Assembly (NCBI GenBank): GCA_028534125.1 | Contig: CM052816.1 | Span: 88,042,001 to 88,106,000, forward strand | Reading direction: 5' to 3' | Source of the DNA: Lama glama | Taxonomy: Eukaryota | Length of the DNA: 64,000 nt | Part shown: in pieces, positions 38,671-52,129 of the stretch | Position numbering within the stretch: position 1 is the stretch's first letter | Layout: the number at the start of each line of letters is the position of its first letter | The notes under the pieces: model-generated | What the model saw: only the letters and a program-made list of their open reading frames with translations | Databases searched by the model: none | Told to the model about the DNA's origin: nothing | Translations under genes and position numbers: made by a program

Positions 38671-40255
38671 AAGAGTAAAGAGAGGCTGAGATGGGGTGAG
38701 ATGGGGTTGTAAGGTGGGGCCATGTCTCAGTTCAGTGTAATTAATAACTAACACTGAGAAGGGTTTAATAAAAGTGAATTACATACTGGTGATGTGTCTA
38801 CATACATGTATATTTTTATCTATATCTGTCAGCCTATGGAGAGAGACAGAAGCTTGTTCATGTGTTCATGCATATGCTATAGACTTTTCCTCAAAAATCG
38901 TAAGCAAAGTATTCTTGGCTTGGACAGAAATTTGAGATGCTGTTTGAATTAGACTTCTTGGAGTGTCTCTTCCAGTGCCCAGATTCTCTCACTTGCTAAT
39001 CAGGACATAACTTAGCTGTAGCAGAGGGGAAGGGAGAATTTTGATATAGGCAATATGTTAGAGGATACTTAATTAATAGATTTGAATTGGTAGAGAAGAT
39101 ATGCTATAAACGTGTTTTGATAGGAGGCTGTAAACAATATTTCCCATCCCTTTATGTTTTCTGGAAGTGGATTTAAGAGAAAAAGAAAGATGAAGGTAGA
39201 GTGGACAGGAAATAGTTTTTCAGCATTTGAAGACAGGATATAGAAAAAGCATTTATACACTTTTTCCCCCGCTCTGGTAAAGCAGTATCTCTATCCACCT
39301 ATTTAAAGCTGAATGAGTCTTGCAGGTGATGGCATTCAATCTGAAATACGTTGCCTGATATCACCCTATCTTCTCCCTTTACCTGAAAAGTTTCTGCACA
39401 AGAGAATTGAAACTTGGACATTATTAAGAACTCTCTATTATAAGAAAGTTTAGAGATAAGTCCATTCATCTGTATTTTAATAGTCTTCTTGGTGAGCAAA
39501 TATAGATTTGATGGCCCATAATTTAGCACTTTGGAAAAGAAATTGTACTCTGAGAGGCAAGGTTCACCTTTAGAAAATATTCTGAACAAGATTTCTCATT
39601 TTTCCTGTTCCATTTTCCTCTTCCAGTTTAGAAGCAGTTTGAGACTTTGCCAATGAGTTCGATAGTCTGAGGAAAGGCAGATAAATGAGCATTTTAAAAT
39701 TAGCAAATAGCAAGAAAATGGAAAGCCGGCAGTTTTGACACTGGGAAAATCTTTGGTCTTCCTTGTCTCTCCTTGATGGCCCCAAAGTTTCTGAGATTGG
39801 ATTTTGTTCATTTCGAAGTCACCCAAATGCACAAATAACAGGGCTTCAGTGAGAGAAAAAGGAAGTGTCATCCTGGAGGTATGAGAGAGCAGAAAGGATT
39901 GTCTTTTTTTTTTTCTTTTTTTTTCAATCAGGTGACTGGACTGACCACAGCAAACTCTGCTGTGCCTCACAGAGGCTGCTTAAACTAATTCAAAAAGGAG
40001 CATCACAGATGAGATGGTGATGGATGGTCTCTAAGACTTGCTTCTGGCCCCATACAGTTTGGGTTGGAAAGAACAGAGTCCCTCAGTAGCAAATAAAGGA
40101 AGACAGAGAAGAAAATTGCTTTAAGGGCACTAAGTTAACTTCAAAAAGAGCATATCCACCTTCCTGTAGGAATAAAGTAAACAGATTAGTTTCAGAACCA
40201 GATGGAAGAGATACAGGATCGTCCTGGCTAAACTTACCTTGACATTATGACAGTG

Positions 40256-40734
40256 CAGGTGCGCCCCAACGTACAACGTTTCACCTTACAGGGTTTTTTG
40301 TTGTTGTTGTTTGTTTGTTTTTACTTTCTGATGTAGCAAAAGTGATGCTCATTCAGTAGAAACTGCCCTTTGAAGTTTGAGTTTTGATCTTTTCCTGGGC
40401 TGAACACAGGTAGTAAGATACTTTGTCTTGATGGCTGGACAGGGGCGGTTCCCAGTCAGCCCTGCGATCATGAGGTCACCAACCATACACCTACTCCAAC
40501 CATACCCAGTCATTCTGCTTTTCACTTTCAGTACAGTTCAACCATTTATATGAGATATTCAGCACTGTCTTTTTAAAACAGGCTTTGTGCTAGGTGATTT
40601 TGCCCAACTGCAGGCTGATGTAAGTTCTCCAAGCACGTTTAAGGTAGGCGAGGCTAGGCTATGATGTTCGACAGGTTTGGTATGTTAAATGGAGTTTTGA
40701 GGACATAACCTCATTGTGAGTTGAGGAAGATCTG
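40256..40734 (-). mobile_element. MER47-family (Tigger/TcMar) DNA transposon
   Basis: gattttgcccaactgcaggctgatgtaagt...gcacgtttaaggtaggcgaggctaggctatgatgttcg...gttgaggaagatctg followed by TA matches recalled antisense MER47. Confidence 0.85.
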
Positions 40735-41216
40735 TATATGAATGATGCTCATCTTATATAAATTTATCTTTTTTTATGATTTTAGGATTTCTAAGAGAAT
40801 TTGGGGTAGGAGCACTCAAAGCTATGTAATTCCGTACTTCCAAAACGTGGAGTATTGTGCCTTGTACCTCCTCACATTTCTTTTCTTATTCCTCACATTT
40901 CCCAAGAATAAAAAGTCCTCAACAATTCTGTTGATCAGCCTTATGTCCCTCAAGGACAGACATAGAAGAGAGATGACAATTCCAGTGCATTAGAGGAAAA
41001 GGTTTTTCTATATGTAACTGCATCCTAAAATGCGAGCAGCAGATGCGGAATTAGGGGAAATCTGTAATTTGCAAGCATCTGCTGCAGCGGAGGTTTTCCT
41101 TTGCTGAAGCAAATTGGACTACCTCAACGTTCCTGATCCCCTTTCTTTGTCTCACTACTCTTCTTGTTTTATCCAGCTCCTTTCCTATGTGCCTTTGGAT
41201 TGTTGGAGGCTCACAG

Positions 41217-41266
41217 GAATGAAATAAACTTCCAAGAGTGAATGAAATAAACTTCCAGGAGTGAAT
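41217..41266. repeat. 23-bp tandem duplication (1 mismatch)
   Basis: gaatgaaataaacttccaagagt (41217-41239) / gaatgaaataaacttccaggagt (41240-41262), then gaat. Confidence 0.92.
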
Positions 41267-42132
41267 ACACTCCAAATACAACTCCAAACTTGTGTCTATA
41301 TCATCTTAAAATGCCACACTGTTTCTCTGGGTGGCTTCTTGTGCCAAGTCACAAAAAGGCTACCTCGACTTGGAGGACTGTTGATACATAGTTCCAGAGT
41401 TTCTAAAACTAACACATGTTCTTCCCAAACTTCAAAAATCTTCTGATGGAACTAAAATATCCGACTTCAGAGGCAAGCTGCTCCTTTTCAATCCAAATCT
41501 TTCTATTCGTTGTAATTAATGAGCATCTACATTCCACCAAAGCTGGGCCATTTGTCTGATTTTGCATTATTCATTTTACTCAAAACAACGGTTGGACCAA
41601 TGTTGGTCTCAGTAAATATTTGTTGAATGAATGGACGAAGGAGTGAATGAATGAATCTCTTATACGACATTCCAAACTTTTTTACAATCAATGTATGATA
41701 TATATAATCTACAAATATATGTTTTAAATAATATATCATGATATTACTAAAAGGGAAATGAAAATTAGCAAAATGAATAAAAAATGCTCAGTATTTTCTC
41801 ATTTACTTCTTACAAAATGGGTATGAAGATATTGGTCCTAATATTATCAATATGTGATCTATATAGAAATCTTTCTTTTCTTAAATATTTGAAGGGAAGT
41901 CACTCAGATGCCCTAATTATTAAAACACTAACTGACAATGAGAATGTTAGTCAATGCTCAATCCTCATGTGACTGGGTTATAATAATATTCAAATAGTAA
42001 ATATAATATTAAGTAAATTTTTTATGCATCCAAATGATTCCTTACAGATAGTGTTGACTTTTAGATTTAATACATGAATTTGTCAGTCTGTTTCTCCGTG
42101 AAGGCCATCTACAGTAGCTTTTGCGAAGAGTG

Positions 42133-42165
42133 TAGTGACATCTCGTGGCGAAAATGAATACTGCA
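42133..42165 (-). promoter_or_regulatory. Candidate CTCF site with upstream module
   Basis: Minus strand reads TGCAGTATTCATTTTCGCCACGAGATGTCACTA: a core-like CCACGAGATGTCAC preceded by TGCAGT at the expected spacing. Confidence 0.6.
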
Positions 42166-45100
42166 AATGGCTAAGGTTGAGGGCGTGTGGAAATTTGAGG
42201 GTCAATTATTCAAACCTGAGAATTTTGCTAACAGAAGCTAAGAAAAATTTGCATGAATGAAGAAGAGGGGAAACTGGCAGCCTATGAGAGAATGGCACAT
42301 CTTAAATGGAATTGAAACATTCTTATCATGTTTGTTTCTGGGTGCAATAAAAGACATTAAAAAAAAATCAAATCTGCAAAATAAATAAAGACCAAGCTTA
42401 CGACCAAACTTTGAATTTGTGAGTTTGATAAGTAAAATTCCACTTGAATCTTTCTGTTTGGCAAGTAATATTTTGTAAACCAATATATTTTCTGCGTTAA
42501 TGTGATCAAACATTTCAGCATGTGCCATAGCAAGGGAAAACTGAATGTGGAAAAATAGCCCAGGTGTGTCAAACATTGCTATGTGAAAATGAAGCCCACT
42601 TAAAATAGAACCAGCCCTACGTTTGAAAGTAAAGAAGCTTTGACCCGGTCACAATATATATATTTTTTTATTTGTAAATAGTTTGGATTTAATTTTTTCA
42701 ATAGAATAAAACTTCAAAACTCAAAATTTGTTTTAATGCAGTTGTTATCAATCCATGTCTCTGTAGTTATTATCATATTGACTTAAAGGTATTTTATTGA
42801 GCTTTGAAATTTAAAAAGAGCAAACAAGAAATGCACTATTGCATTACTGGTAGGCTGACATTTACAAATTTTATTTTTCAACCGTCTAACTTAGATGTAT
42901 CTCTGTCAATAGGACTTTGTAAAACTGAGAATTATGTAGCCTATATGATAACTGATGAGAAAATAACCAAAATTTAATTTATTAAAAAAATCGAATTGGG
43001 GTAATCATATAATTCTCATCTAAATTAAAGTAAGTAACGATACGATGTTACAATTTATACAAGAATATTTTCAGATATCTTGTTAAAAAATGGATTTTTA
43101 GACACAAGCTATGCTTTGGAATAAAATAAATATCATAGTTAGTATTTGGATAGTATAATAAATTTATTATAGATAATATCTTAATAAGAAATTAAAATTA
43201 CTTTAATCCCAACACACATTTAAATGCACATAGGAAACTGAAACAAAATAAAGTTTTTCAGTGTGTAGTGATTAATAGTGAAATAAGAGTTTTCTAAATA
43301 GTAATTTTATGTGTATTTTAAAGGAAAATAAAACATTTGAAGATCTCCTTTAATGAACATTGTATATCTGTATATTTTTATACTATACATAAAAATATAC
43401 CTTAATGATATCAAAGGAAGATTTTTAATAATAAACAAATTTATGACTTTCATGCAGAGCTAAAATGAACAAGTGTTAAAGATTGTATTTAGTCTCATTA
43501 TTGAAGAGATAACCAGTAAGATGTTACAACTGATATAGAGGAGATAAAGAAGAAGTAGAAATTTATATGAAGAAAAGTAATGTTGAATTTAAAAATCTGG
43601 CTTATCCATGAAGCAATAATCAATTGCATTCCAGCAGTCATAAGTAATTTGCATTTTTATGGACAAGAAATATTTGCATTAATGTCTATTTTCTCTAAAT
43701 TAACTTCTGTTTCTTCAGAGTTGTTAAATAGCCTAGTCAAAGACAATGTCTTCACCCCATAAGATCTTATAACTACTGAAGACTCCAGTAATTCATTGAA
43801 AGGTTATTCAGTAACCTATTTTACCTATTCCAAAGTCTAATCTTTACCTCGAAAGGTAGACTTAGTAGGTTCATTACATGCAAAAGTAAAGATACTTAAT
43901 CGTTATTATTCAGTGTCTAGCACTAAGAGAAATTTCAACTTACAGGTATAAAAGTAACCATTGGTCGGAACTCTAGGAGGCTGTAAGAATTGAACAGACA
44001 CATCTTGAAATCAAAGAAAGATCAATTAAAAATTTTTACATGAAGTCCATTTCAGAGCTGGAGTAGCTTACAAATAACACGTTAGCCAAAGCACATTCTG
44101 TTGTGTACTTCCTTGCTTTAATAGTGAAAAAGGAAACAATCTACTTTTCTAAGGAGAAGATCATAATGTGAAGATCACTGCACTGATTCATGTAACAATA
44201 ATGAAAGTATCACTGTGATCAATGAGACTCTGCAACAGAATACATAGTAAAATTAAAAATCAAACAGAAGTACTCATACAAGCTATCTCTTTCTCATTAA
44301 ATGCTGAAATTTGAAATATGATTGTCTCTTTCTTTCTAAAACTAATCTCCAGACACAGCAATGCAGAACATTAACAAGCCCTTCCCTTTTTTCATTATGC
44401 TTGAAAAGTGAGTTGTTGTTACAATGGCTTTGAAAAGTTTTATTCATTATTTTTTGGTTTATTTGTTTCAGTCACTGAAGATTTAAAATATTGGGGTCAC
44501 ATCAAGAACTGTAATAAATCTTTCAGCATATAACATACAGATAAAATATTATAGAATATGGAGCATGTTTTTAAAGTACAAGCACCATCTTTCTTAAGTC
44601 CCTCAAGCATTGCATTTCAACAACAGCAACAAAGCCTAAAGACGTAAGTCTGGCTTTCCATTCACCCACTTGTTTACTTTCCTTTTTCCTTCCTGTGATA
44701 AATATATTAAAAATAACTTAGAGGTAAGTTCGGAAAGTAATAATAAAAAAATACTGAGTGCAATTCTATTAAATATTATTTTAATGCCCAATTTCTCTTT
44801 TTTAATCTTAATGATATTTTTAAGGCATTCTTAAAACCATTATATACGTATTTCTTTAAGAAAAATCATTATATAAGTATTTCAAGAAGCACAAATGAGT
44901 TTTGCATGTATAAATTACTTTTTGCAGAAGAAAAATTGAAACCGTATATAATCTATCTTTCTTTCTTTAGTAATTTGGAAAATCTAAGTGCAGTCTCTTA
45001 GCAAAACCACTTTGAATAGCTTTGTCTTTCTAACCAAGTTGGAATGAGCCTTAAGATTCTTTCCAAAATTCTGAGATAATTTTCAAATAAGTCAGAAACT

Positions 45101-46049
45101 TAATATTAAAATCAAGCTTAGATATTATCTTCTGTGTTTCAAGGGCATTCAAACTTCTATAGATTCTCCTGCTTATGTGGTGACTAAGAAAAGAACCATA
45201 AAATAAAGAGAAAATAAAAATATGAGATTTATGGAATATTGAAAATTGTATGAAAATAGAAATGAATACATACATGAAACCATTCTAGTTATCAAATGTG
45301 ATCTTTTTGCAGGTAAACATTCATCTAATTTCTCCTTTGAATTTGTAGGGAATGTCAGAGGAATGATACATATAATTCTTCTAGGAAAGAGAACAGTGAG
45401 ATGTTCACATAGTATGTGAAAATGAAAACTCTGCTTGGAGTCACCATTGACTACTTTTGCTTCGGTAAATTTTTCCAAAATTCTTCAGAATCAATCCATG
45501 CATTGAAAATCTTGCTTGTCTTAAGACAGCCTATTTTAAAAGTCAATTGAAATCTACTAACATTAATCACATTTATATATATAAACTATTTTAGACACAG
45601 CCATTAGGAGACACGTGACACTGTTTCCATACTTTGAAACTGTAGTTTCTTCATATTTGATAATTTGTCAGAATGGGAACAAGTTGTATGTCACACATAA
45701 TAAGTCTCAGTAGACACAAGGTCATTTTTCCTCCCAGTCTCAGTCTTGTGAAGTAGCATGCACTATCAATTCTTCTTGATAAACCGTCCACCGTGAAGGG
45801 GGCTTCTGATGTGAAGAAATGAACAAGGAATCACTAATACTTTGCTCTTCTTTTTGATGGAGTGTTTATTGTACAACTTCTAGATCAACATCCTATGAAA
45901 AGGTATTAAATAGTCCATCTCTAATAAAGTCTAAAACATGAGACTGACAAAATTCAGACAGGAATAATGAGTGACGGAATTGAGGGACAGGCAATACCGT
46001 ACAAGAACACAGAAGGAGAAGCAATTATAGAAATATACCAATGGGATAT

Positions 46050-46435
46050 ATGTGTCCTCTGTTTCATTTACATATGAGAACTTTTATCTACCGACCTATT
46101 GATCCATTTACTGGGTGACTTCTTTTACAGAACTGGCTCATGTGATTGTGGGGGTCAAGTTTGAAATCCATAGGGTAAGTCAGCAGGCAGAAGTTAATGT
46201 GGCAATTTTGAGACAGAATTTCTTCTTCCCCAGTAGACCTCAATTTTTGTCTTATGGCCTTGAATTGATTGGATGAGGTGCACTCACACAATCGAGGAAG
46301 ATCTCCTTTACTTAAAGGGAACTGATTGATGATATTAACCACATCTACAACATATCTTAATAGCCACACCTATGTTAGTGTTTGATTAAATAACCATGTA
46401 CCTCGCCAAGTTCAGGTGGAAAATTAATCATCACA
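46050..46435 (-). mobile_element. MLT2-family (ERVL) solo LTR
   Basis: gaactggctcatgtgattgtgggg...tgattggatgagg...ttaaccacatctacaa...aaaattaatcatcaca; left boundary approximate. Confidence 0.8.
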
Positions 46436-47479
46436 GGGACTAATTCCGAGTGAGATGGGCAGATGAGACTGGAGACTTGTTTAAAGAGTAAGAAATAGTT
46501 GAACTGTATGATCAGTGCTAGAAAGGCTGAAAAATGCAGAGAGCATATAAGCAAGAAGGCAGGACAGATTGTGCCTTGTTAAGCCTGGGTAGACCAGGGC
46601 AGAGAGGATGTGTGTGGGTGAACCAGGACCAAATCCTGGAAAAGCAGGTTAATTCAGCCTGGGAAGGCTCTGGAAAGACAATTTTCCTGAAGACAACCAG
46701 TAGCCATGAGAGGTTTTCAGCAAAGACAGTAACATAACTTGGTGTGTCTTTTGGAAAAAGAAATTTGATTTTATTGTTTCAACATATAGAACAGAACAAC
46801 TAGGAATCAGTAGGGATTGGGGTCAGAGGTTACCTTTACACTCTGAGTGAGAGACGTTTGACAGGATAGCAATTAATGGCTGTAGTGCTATACAGAGAAG
46901 GAGGTAAATATGGGGGTGGGGGAAGCAAATTCAGGAATTAAACTGCCAAGATCTGACCAATTGCATGAGGAAGAAGGCAAAGATTATCACTGGGACTTTT
47001 GGAAAGGACACAATAAATAAGCCTTCTCCTGGCCTGAGTTTTGAGAGAGTTGATAACGGTCACAGGAGGGAAGCATCTGGAGACCCAAAGACCACATCCA
47101 TTTCTTACAAGATTGGTATTGGAGGGTGTATGTTGTAATCTACAGAGAGGGAGGGGTTTTAAATACGAAACCCCAGGTTTAGACAGATTTAGTCATTAGC
47201 AGCAGTGGGCTGGGGCACAACCCAGCCATCGTCCTTCCTCCCTGGTGCACGAGGCAGACCAGCTGGAGGAGCAGGAAATGCATTCCCCTTACTTGGGGTG
47301 GAGGATTGAGTAAAAGTGTGGAGTATGGAACCAGGATAATGCAAAAAGAAACATTAAGGGCAGGAAAGACAAGTGTGTCCTACCCTCCCACCCCTTTTCT
47401 CAGTAAGAATTCTTTCAGGGGAGCCATAAATGAGTTTTTCAGATCTTCTACATTTTAATTTTATTTCTGTTTGTAACCA

Positions 47480-47524
47480 TGTGTGTGTGTGTGTATGTGT
47501 GTGTGTGTGTGTGTTTGTGTGTGT
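47480..47524. repeat. Imperfect (TG)n microsatellite
   Basis: tgtgtg run with two interruptions. Confidence 0.95.
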
Positions 47525-50487
47525 TTAGTATATAAAAAAGTGAGCAACATAGATTAGGAGAAAAACAAAAATAAGGGACCAAGATTGGGGGGTGAGGGGA
47601 GAAGAAAGCAAGACTTTGGTTCTTTTAATTAGTGAAAAATACATATTTAAACTATAAAGTATTTGCTTTACTACTTCATAATAAAAAAAAAAGTCTCCAC
47701 AGTACCAATGACTATAACCCTAATTCATATTTGCATATTTCTTTATTCACCTATGTACTCGATAAATATTTTTGAACATCTATGAGTGCCAGGTATGGGT
47801 GATACTGGGTCTGAGGCAGATTATACTGTTATACCTAATATAATAATAACACATCAGTAACAACAGGGGTGATTATGGAAGTGTTCTATCTCCTAGAAAT
47901 TCAATGCTGTGTGCTCCACAAAGTGTACACCCACATACATGTAATTATCTTTGCCTCCAGTATACTTAGCACAGTGTCTGGTAATTAGGGACTTCGAATA
48001 GGTTACATGTTTATTGAATGAGCTGGACTCAAGAAGATCACAATTATAGAACAGGTTTATTTTCTCTGCTCCACCGTCTTCTGACAAGCTCCACTGAAAT
48101 ATCCTTGCCTCTGGATTTAAACTTGAATATCACACAGGTCCCATTTATGGTTTTTCCAAATATTCCAGTTGTCAAACACCATTTTCATTGGATTCAAATC
48201 TTCCCTTTGCTCTCACCCCTGACCTGATGGGAAGGCAGCTTTGGGGAAGTAGGAAGAATGTCATTAGTTTCTTCCCTCTTCCTTGCCCCACTTAACAGTC
48301 ATCTTCCTCCCTAGTAACTGAATGCAAGAGAAGCACTTGAGATGGTAACTGGTCCCTCTGAAGCTGGGCTTGGATGAGGGGCTGAATTGAAGGAAAAAGG
48401 CAGAGCTTTACAGAACAGCATAACTGTCCTCTTGACTGATTGACTGATGCCCTCTGGGTATGGCTGACTCAAAGTTCAAGGGACGCCTCTAATTTCTGGA
48501 GCACTTCTCTGCTTGCTGGGAGGTACTACCCTGGGGACAACGACTCTGGCCCAGGCCATTTTTCATTTTGCTAGCATTTGCTTTTACTGGTTTCACTGAC
48601 ACAGTCTCACTCTCTGGGGTTCTCACTGTCTTTAGACATTGTTTTTAAATGAAATGCCTTTCGAAACCACCCAAGAATAGCTCTATTTCAGAACACCCAC
48701 CTCTGGCCCCTGCGACGCAGCCTCCTCCATGACAATTCTCGGGGCTCTCATTCTCTCCCGCTCACACCAGGCTTCTTTTCTGGTTCTCCCTCCTTTAACA
48801 TTTTTCAGGTGGGAGTCAGGAGATCCCTCTGAACCCCGAGGTCCCCAGGACACTAGTGAAGACTTCCCAAGCTTTTCACGGCCCTTCCCTTGGTTTGAGC
48901 ACCATGGGGAGAGGAGAAAAGCTGGAACCCCGAGAGGACTGTCTCCAGCATGGATGCACACTGCAGTCACCTGGGAGCCTGAAGCTCTGCCGGTGCCTGT
49001 GTCCCATCCCCAGAGCCTGGAATGTGATGTTTCAGGAACTGCCTGAGCATCTTTAGTGGTTCTACTAAAGGCTGATTAAGCTGTGCTAAAGATATACTTT
49101 CTACTGTCACCCCCCCTCCAAATGCTTTGTCTTTAGACAACCTTGGGAGTGGCTGATGGTCCACTGGAGGCAGACTGGCAGACTAGAGGCACTGTCTGGG
49201 CCCACCATCCATGGACAGGCTGCAGATCTTACAAAAGTGAAGAAATTGTCATCTTTTATTCTTAGCAGTGGGACTTCTCTCAAAACTCTGAGAAAGCAGG
49301 AGTTCCATTTAGAGTCCTGGTGGGTAAGTGTTTGTTGACGTGACCTGACTGAATGCAGAGCAGTGGGCAGGATTAGGAGTTACATAAATCCCTAGGGAAA
49401 AAAATGAGGCTGCTTAACAAGTTTCCAATCCATTTCCTTTCTGTGTCTCATTTCATTTTCACTCAAAAAGCACACCTTGTCCTTGGTTTTAAATATCACA
49501 TTTACCTTGCCTACAATTTACCAGGATCAAAAAGTGTCAGAACTGACCATCTCAAAATGACACGGCCTGATTCTTAATTTTCTCTTGGAATATCCAACAG
49601 CTGATAATTTTCTTTTGAATATAATTTTGGAAATAGTCTCTGTCTCTCTTGATGTCTTCTGGCTTTTATGATAAGAACTGTACAAAAACTGCCCAAACTA
49701 ATTTCTTTTTGTAAGTCTCAGAGTTTTGTTAGTCAATGGATTTTACGATCAGAATATTTAAAATAGTTCAACCCCCATAACATAATGATTATTTTCTAAA
49801 CAAATTTAATAGTCACAGAAGTTAGCAACTTTTCCAGATTAAAAATTGAAATGCAAAGATTTTTTTGAGCTTGACTTAAGCTTGAAAATAAAATAAAACC
49901 TGAGTGCGCTGCACATTAGAATTAATATTTGAATAGTTACATAGCATTTTATATAAATTTTACTTCCATTTTTCTAACTGAGAAGTGATTATAATCAAAA
50001 GAACAAAAACTGACATGCTATGTCTCAAGAAATACACATGTAGGTGAATGTTATCCATGTAGTTTGAATAAAATTTTATGCATCTTTGGTTTATATTTTT
50101 AAATTATGTTTTGTTACTTTTCTTAAGGAACCTCTTCAACAAGGGCACAAGCTCTGGATGGCTTCAATCATGTTTAACCCTTTTCTGTATCTTCTAACAC
50201 ACCTTATATAGCTTTTTAACAGAAATTTCAGCAGTAATATTGTAGCATCATTTCATCTAACGGTCCTTCTTCTAACAATCTAACCAAACCTTAGGCAAAA
50301 GTCAACTAGTGACCAATAATTACAGGAATTCTAATAAGTATTTAAAAATAAACATTGAATATGATCTCTAATTAATAGCCAGAGAATAGTTTTGTTTTTA
50401 ATAGGATTTACAGTGATTTGACATTTCTGTTTACTAGAATTCAAGTTCTGATTTTAATGAAGAGCTCAAGATTTTTCTTAGAATCAG

Positions 50488-51197
50488 TGAAGCTATGATA
50501 AATGACGGCCTGGCCATCAGTGGAGAGGAGCAGCCACTATGTCTATCCGGGGTCTTTTAAAGAGAATAAACTGAGTGTTTGCGTGGGGGAAGGAGACAAC
50601 ACGTATGATATTGTCATTTCTTGTGAAGAGGTTCCCCAAAAGGAAAAAGGAAAAGACCCCAGTTCTCGTCTTACCCCGAAGATAAGATTACAGGCGGGAG
50701 ACAGAGAGCACTGTGTAGCAAAAGATTCTGAAGGATTTCAATAAACAGAAGAGGAAAAGCACACCCGCAGGAGCGGGAGGCGGGCCGAGCCGGGCCGAGC
50801 CGAGGGCGAACAGCAGCGCTCCTGGTCCGCCGTTCTCTTAGGCTCCTGCTTGCAGGTGCTCTTCTGACTGATTGACGCTCTTGCCCCTGGAAGGCTTAGT
50901 CGTGTCTGTCCCCTTTGCGCACGTCCTTACCCGTGGTGTACACAGAAAAACCCACGGGGTGGCGGGGCTAAACCGCAATGCTAGTTATACTACAATGAGC
51001 ACTGGGTCATGTCCGGCTGAGTCCTTCTTGCTACCGAGCAGTGGCGGCTGTCGGGTTCTAACCAGGTTCTTGCTGGCGCTCACTTAGCGGAAGTTAAGTC
51101 CCTTTATGCGGGAGGCGGGCACAGCACCATGTTCCAGAGCATCCTCCCTCTTCTCCGCCCAGCTGCCCGGTGCCCCCCTTTATCTAACTACCTAACA
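50488..51197 (-). mobile_element. CpG-rich ERV solo LTR (710 bp) with 6-bp TSD
   Basis: TG (50488) ... CA (51197) flanked by aatcag at 50482-50487 and 51198-51203. The minus-strand start tgttaggtagttagata resembles artiodactyl ERV LTR termini; orientation is inferred. Confidence 0.8.
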
Positions 51198-51699
51198 AAT
51201 CAGCTTTGCAAAACTACATATTTTAAACAGTGTAAGACTTACTATCGGGCTGTTGCACCTAACAAGGCAAGAGCCTTCAAGAAATATCCCTCGGGTGCGT
51301 TTTGGTCCCAGAGACAGAAGTTGCTGATTGGGTTTGTGCTTCTGAGTCCGCCAGTTTCCCTTACCCTCTGGGGTCTGAGTTGCCGTGGGCCCTGGAGGGC
51401 AAGCACGCAGGGCCCCGGGTCGCCTCTCCCTCAGAGCAGAAGAGGCGGTGGCGGTTGCAGGTCGACCTCCGTGGAGGGCTTTTGTGAGGAGCTTTCTCAG
51501 AGTGGTGGAAACTGCCCAATTTTTGTCCCGCCAGCCTCCCAACATCTTCTTCTCCTTGTGGTAAACAAAAATAAATAAATAGAATAAAAATAAAAAAAAT
51601 TCTGCTCTTCCTGGAAACTATGTCTTCCTCACTTTCTTCTGCTTTTGGGGCTGTGGGGTCCAGCAGCATCAGCTCCAGAGATAAAGCAGATTTGGTCAA

Positions 51700-52129
51700 T
51701 CGGTTGCTAAGTCTAGGGATGCCACACAATCCATGCCAGACAAATCCCAGCCCCCGAGTTCCCACTCTGAGGCCTGTGTTAGAGCTCTCTTGTAAAAAAG
51801 GGACACTTTTTTTCCTCCTGATGTGGCTGAGGGAAAAACAAACAAAAAACGAAACAAACAACAACAACAACAAAAAACAAGCTAACCTGAAGTCCCAGGC
51901 AGGCTTTCTGTCATTGTGTCTGAGACACGAGACAGTGCAGACGAAATCAGAACTGGCGATGAGAAGCACGAGTTCTGATGACATCCTTGGAACCTCTGGC
52001 CCTGCTGTGCTTGAAGCCAGAGCACTTCCGGGCTTCTAGGTGATGTGAGTCAATGAAGTCCATTTCCCCCTTAAGGCAGTTTGAGTTGACTTTCTGTCAC
52101 TTGCATCCGGAAGAGTTCTGAATAATGCA
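51700..52129 (+). mobile_element. Old MLT1 (J/K/L-like) LTR with an internal A/CAA-rich tract
   Basis: ttctgatgacatc...gctgtgcttgaagccag...gtgagtcaatgaagtcc...ttaaggcagtttgagttgactttctgtcacttgcatccggaagagttctgaataatgca. Confidence 0.7.

Noticed and set aside
48770..49330. Strong-looking acceptor at 48808 and GTAAGT donor near 49324
   Set aside because: The implied exon of about 515 nt has no continuous frame or cadherin similarity, and such sites are common by chance.
50750..51200. CpG-island promoter of a cellular gene
   Set aside because: The CpG-rich core lies within a TG...CA element bounded by a 6-bp TSD, which an LTR explains better.
51129..52039. ORFs of 149, 207 and 139 aa
   Set aside because: They cross LTR boundaries and an A/CAA low-complexity tract, and the peptides resemble no known family.
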